From IMG/VR virus record IMGVR_UViG_3300013869_000036, positions 1 to 7,097 of that record: DNA of 7,097 nt; one strand, written 5' to 3'. This document shows positions 5,433 through 7,097 of the stretch, one piece after another (the stretch's first letter is position 1; each line of letters starts with the position of its first letter). The position numbers were made by a program, and so were the translations under genes. This DNA comes from a virus. A model generated the notes under the pieces. The model was not told the origin of the DNA. It saw only the letters and a program-made list of their open reading frames with translations, and made no database searches.

Positions 5433-5519
5433 TTATGAACGGGCCCAGCGCCCGAGAAAGTGAATTGCCAACAGTCCGCACATAGTGACGACCAGGACGT
5501 TAAGAGTTGCGGCGATCAT
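5433..5519 (-). CDS. 28-aa hydrophobic peptide (not in ORF track)
   Basis: My translation is MIAATLNVLVVTMCGLLAIHFLGRWARS: a single TM plus basic tail, like pVII/pIX-size proteins. Its ATG overlaps the stop of the 49-aa ORF (ATGA). Confidence 0.4.
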   Translation of the reverse strand: MIAATLNVLVVTMCGLLAIHFLGRWARS

Positions 5520-5665
5520 GAAAAAAGCCCGGTACGCTTATGCGCTTGAAACCAACCGCGCTCGTATTCGTTGTAGTCGTAACTGCAAAGCAGGTACGGA
5601 TTGCAATAAATGCGGCGTGGCCGGTAATCACGAAAGCCGCGCAGATATGCCCACGAAAGCATCAT
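5516..5665 (-). CDS. 49-aa Tyr/Arg-rich hypothetical protein (not in ORF track)
   Basis: My translation is MMLSWAYLRGFRDYRPRRIYCNPYLLCSYDYNEYERGWFQAHKRTGLFS. GGAGG lies 4 nt before the ATG, and the ATG overlaps the gII stop (ATGA). Confidence 0.45.
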   Translation of the reverse strand: MMLSWAYLRGFRDYRPRRIYCNPYLLCSYDYNEYERGWFQAHKRTGLFS

Positions 5666-6006
5666 GCAGCCTCCACCGATGGCTCAACGTACCAACCAGG
5701 ACGTTGAGCGCTGAAGTCAACTTGCAGAAAGCGCAGGATCGGAACAACGTTGTTCTTCTGGTCATCCATCTTCAGCTTCTGCAAAGCGGCCTTTGAGAGT
5801 CCGCATTCGCAAATATCACGAACATGGTTGTAGAAACTGGCACGGTTCATAGATGCCATGGTTTCTTCCCAGCCGTACTCTTTCAGGCTGCGATATGTGC
5901 GAAACAAATTGAGCGCATAGGCCTCGGACAATTTCCCGGACTTCGTTTCTTTGGTCCACCGGGCTTTAAGTGCGGCCAGCACTTTGTCATCGTTAATTAC
6001 TCGCAT
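5662..6006 (-). CDS. gX: gX-like protein: in-frame internal initiation within gII (114 aa)
   Basis: Internal Met (track residue 325, ATG 6006-6004) is preceded by GAAGG 7 nt upstream. It aligns with the Ff pX initiator: ours is FEGISMRVINDD, and Ff as recalled is FEGDSMNIYDDS. Confidence 0.5.
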   Translation of the reverse strand: MRVINDDKVLAALKARWTKETKSGKLSEAYALNLFRTYRSLKEYGWEETMASMNRASFYNHVRDICECGLSKAALQKLKMDDQKNNVVPILRFLQVDFSAQRPGWYVEPSVEAA

Positions 6007-6924
6007 GGAGATACCTTCAAAGGCCGCAAACAGTTCTTTAGTTACTTGTTCCCAACACCACTGAATAAAGCAACTCCCCTGGTCTTCCAGTCGTTCCTGG
6101 TAGTCGCATAGGGCCCATAGATTCGTCGGGATGTTTCTACGTTCGAGCCATCGGTGCATGACAGTGGCTTCGAGACGAAGGAGGTTTTCGGCCCACTCCT
6201 GGAGCGCTGGGTTCTGGAGAACCGCGAGCAGCCGGTGGGCTGCGAACGCTTGGGAGGGAACGAAATTGGCACCGCCATAGGCTCTAGCGGCCTTGATGGC
6301 GTCATCGAGCTGGCGACGAAATTCAGGGCCTTTGAGATACGCCTTGAGCTTGCGCAGGCGGGTTTCCTTGGAACCCCAATAAGCCGTGGTTTCGTAGTCG
6401 TCACCACGATTGCGGGTCTGGCCGTTGCTAACGCCGCGAAGCGCCTGGACGAGCTGTAGCGCGGTGCGCTGATCGGGCAGACGGGCGGAATAGGTGCAGT
6501 CGATCCCGTAGACCTCGGCGGCCTGCCAGTCCAGCAAAGCCCAGAGCTTGGGGTAGGAGCCGGCCAGCCACTTAAGCATCACCTCCCCGCCCTTGCGGAT
6601 GGAGGTAGGCCCGAAAACGTTGTGCCCCTGGAGCAGCTTCGCCGGGCTGGCTTTCAGCTCGACGCCGGGCTGTATGCGCTTGCCGAGCGACTGGTGGAAA
6701 ACCTTGAACGCCAGCGGCGTAAAGCCGGTGGAGAGAGATTCCCATGCGTGGCTTATGTCCTCGACCTGATAACCACCCTTCCCGTCTGACAGGACGCTGG
6801 TAGCACGGAGCGGAACGCCCAGGGCTTCCAGATCGACCATAAGCAGTTCGTTGCCGCGCTTACCGGTGCTGGTAGCGATGGCATCGACCCGGAACGGCAC
6901 GAAGAGGTGAATTTTGTCGAGCAT
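5662..6924 (-). CDS. gII: Rolling-circle replication initiation endonuclease, Ff gpII (CRI) family, 420 aa from ATG 6924
   Basis: Several blocks are near-identical to M13/f1 gpII as I recall it. They are KASPAKLLQGHNVFG (Ff KASPAKVLQGHNVFG), LRGVSNGQT (LRNVSNGQT) and NNVVPILRFLQVDFSAQRPGWYVEP (NNVVPLVRFINVDFSSQRPDWYNEP). The N-terminus MLDKIHLFVPF resembles MIDMLVLRLPF, so I prefer ATG 6924 over the track GTG 6978. Confidence 0.93.
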   Translation of the reverse strand: MLDKIHLFVPFRVDAIATSTGKRGNELLMVDLEALGVPLRATSVLSDGKGGYQVEDISHAWESLSTGFTPLAFKVFHQSLGKRIQPGVELKASPAKLLQGHNVFGPTSIRKGGEVMLKWLAGSYPKLWALLDWQAAEVYGIDCTYSARLPDQRTALQLVQALRGVSNGQTRNRGDDYETTAYWGSKETRLRKLKAYLKGPEFRRQLDDAIKAARAYGGANFVPSQAFAAHRLLAVLQNPALQEWAENLLRLEATVMHRWLERRNIPTNLWALCDYQERLEDQGSCFIQWCWEQVTKELFAAFEGISMRVINDDKVLAALKARWTKETKSGKLSEAYALNLFRTYRSLKEYGWEETMASMNRASFYNHVRDICECGLSKAALQKLKMDDQKNNVVPILRFLQVDFSAQRPGWYVEPSVEAA

Positions 6925-6955
6925 GAGTGCGTGCACACAAATAACATTTGCGGCG

Positions 6956-6985
6956 ATTGTTAACCGGGGAACCCGCACACGTCAA
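6956..6985 (-). promoter_or_regulatory. Candidate sigma70-type promoter for the gII operon
   Basis: Minus strand reads TTGACG (6985-6980), a 17-nt spacer, then TAACAAT (6962-6956), about 30 nt upstream of the gII ATG. GTGTGC motifs (minus sense) lie at 7003-6998, 6980-6975 and 6938-6933, bracketing it. Confidence 0.35.
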
Positions 6986-7097
6986 CGCATATCACATGCA
7001 CACATGTAAGATTGTGGAGATGCCTACGTGAGTAATAGCAATATGCCTACAAATCTTCGTCTGACAGCCGATGAGCAAGACGCCCTTAGAAAAAAGG
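6971..7097. repeat. Terminal direct repeat, copy 2 (identical to 1-127); includes a truncated second copy of orf69 (7028-7097)
   Basis: Exact identity to 1-127. The window ends inside the repeated orf69. Confidence 0.95.

Larger units (their letters stand above)
1..6970 (-). mobile_element. Complete circular filamentous-phage (Inoviridae-type) genome unit, 6,970 bp; coding/packaged strand is the window minus strand
   Basis: Exact 127-bp terminal redundancy closes the circle. Gene set and order are gII/gX, gV-position gene, gVIII, gIII-like, gVI-like, gI(zot). An Ff-like ori(+) hairpin lies on the minus strand. There are no capsid/terminase genes of tailed phages. Confidence 0.9.

Noticed and set aside
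4887-5463. ORFs 4887-5276 +, 5037-5261 -, 5047-5463 + overlapping the gV-position gene
   Set aside because: They are antisense or out of frame to a gene with a good SD and a sensible product. Their composition is Arg/Cys-rich and they have no start context.
5485-6947. ORFs 5485-5796 +, 5824-6111 +, 6042-6407 -, 6154-6459 +, 6753-6947 - overlapping gII
   Set aside because: They are shadow ORFs of gII, whose frame is fixed by long blocks matching Ff gpII.
6925-6978. N-terminal extensions proposed by the track (gII GTG 6978, zot TTG 2712, gV-position GTG 5481, orf85 ATG 1148)
   Set aside because: Downstream ATGs have better SD sequences or stop-start coupling. For gII, the downstream ATG reproduces the Ff gpII N-terminus. 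The extensions would overlap upstream genes or operator sites. ATG 1148 for orf85 remains a possible alternative.
1-7097. Scan for CRISPR arrays, tRNA/rRNA genes, integrase or transposase, toxin genes (ctxAB-like) and a secretin
   Set aside because: No spaced repeat array, cloverleaf-like segment or recombinase-sized ORF was found. The only accessory coding capacity is the three small ORFs between zot and the intergenic region.

Overview
The window is one complete circular genome of a filamentous ssDNA phage (inovirus; replicative form or excised prophage). Its unit length is 6,970 bp. Bases 1-127 recur exactly at 6971-7097, which is what a circular contig written with a k-mer overlap looks like. 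All but one gene lie on the minus strand, tightly packed in canonical inovirus order, with several ATGA/TAATG stop-start overlaps. The order is gII replication initiator (with a nested gX-like frame), two tiny coupled ORFs, a gV-position putative ssDNA-binding protein, a small membrane protein, the gVIII major coat protein, a strong terminator, a gIII-like adsorption protein, a gVI-like protein, and gI/Zot. No secretin (gIV) or integrase gene is present. Downstream of zot lies an accessory/regulatory segment: (a) a 43-aa acidic ORF; (b) a 115-nt imperfect inverted repeat carrying two oppositely oriented dif-like XerC/XerD sites, resembling the folded ssDNA attP of CTXphi; (c) four TGGTACC(A) palindromes spaced 44/33/44 bp; (d) a coupled two-gene operon, an 85-aa coiled-coil protein plus a 58-aa protein with a ClpX-type C4 zinc-ribbon motif, which was below the ORF-track length cutoff. 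A ~390-nt GC-rich intergenic region follows. Its minus strand carries a nick-site hairpin and adjacent palindrome strikingly similar to the f1/M13 plus-strand origin core as I recall it. The only plus-strand gene is a 69-aa ribbon-helix-helix protein transcribed divergently from gII (RstR-like arrangement). It is followed by ~255 nt with no convincing ORF and a strong intrinsic terminator. Host and taxon cannot be assigned from sequence alone. I recognise nothing clearly outside inovirus biology. The operator array plus the orf85/zinc-ribbon operon at the cargo position, and the forked dif-like attP, are the least explained parts. Several track ORF starts (GTG/TTG extensions) were trimmed to better supported ATG starts.
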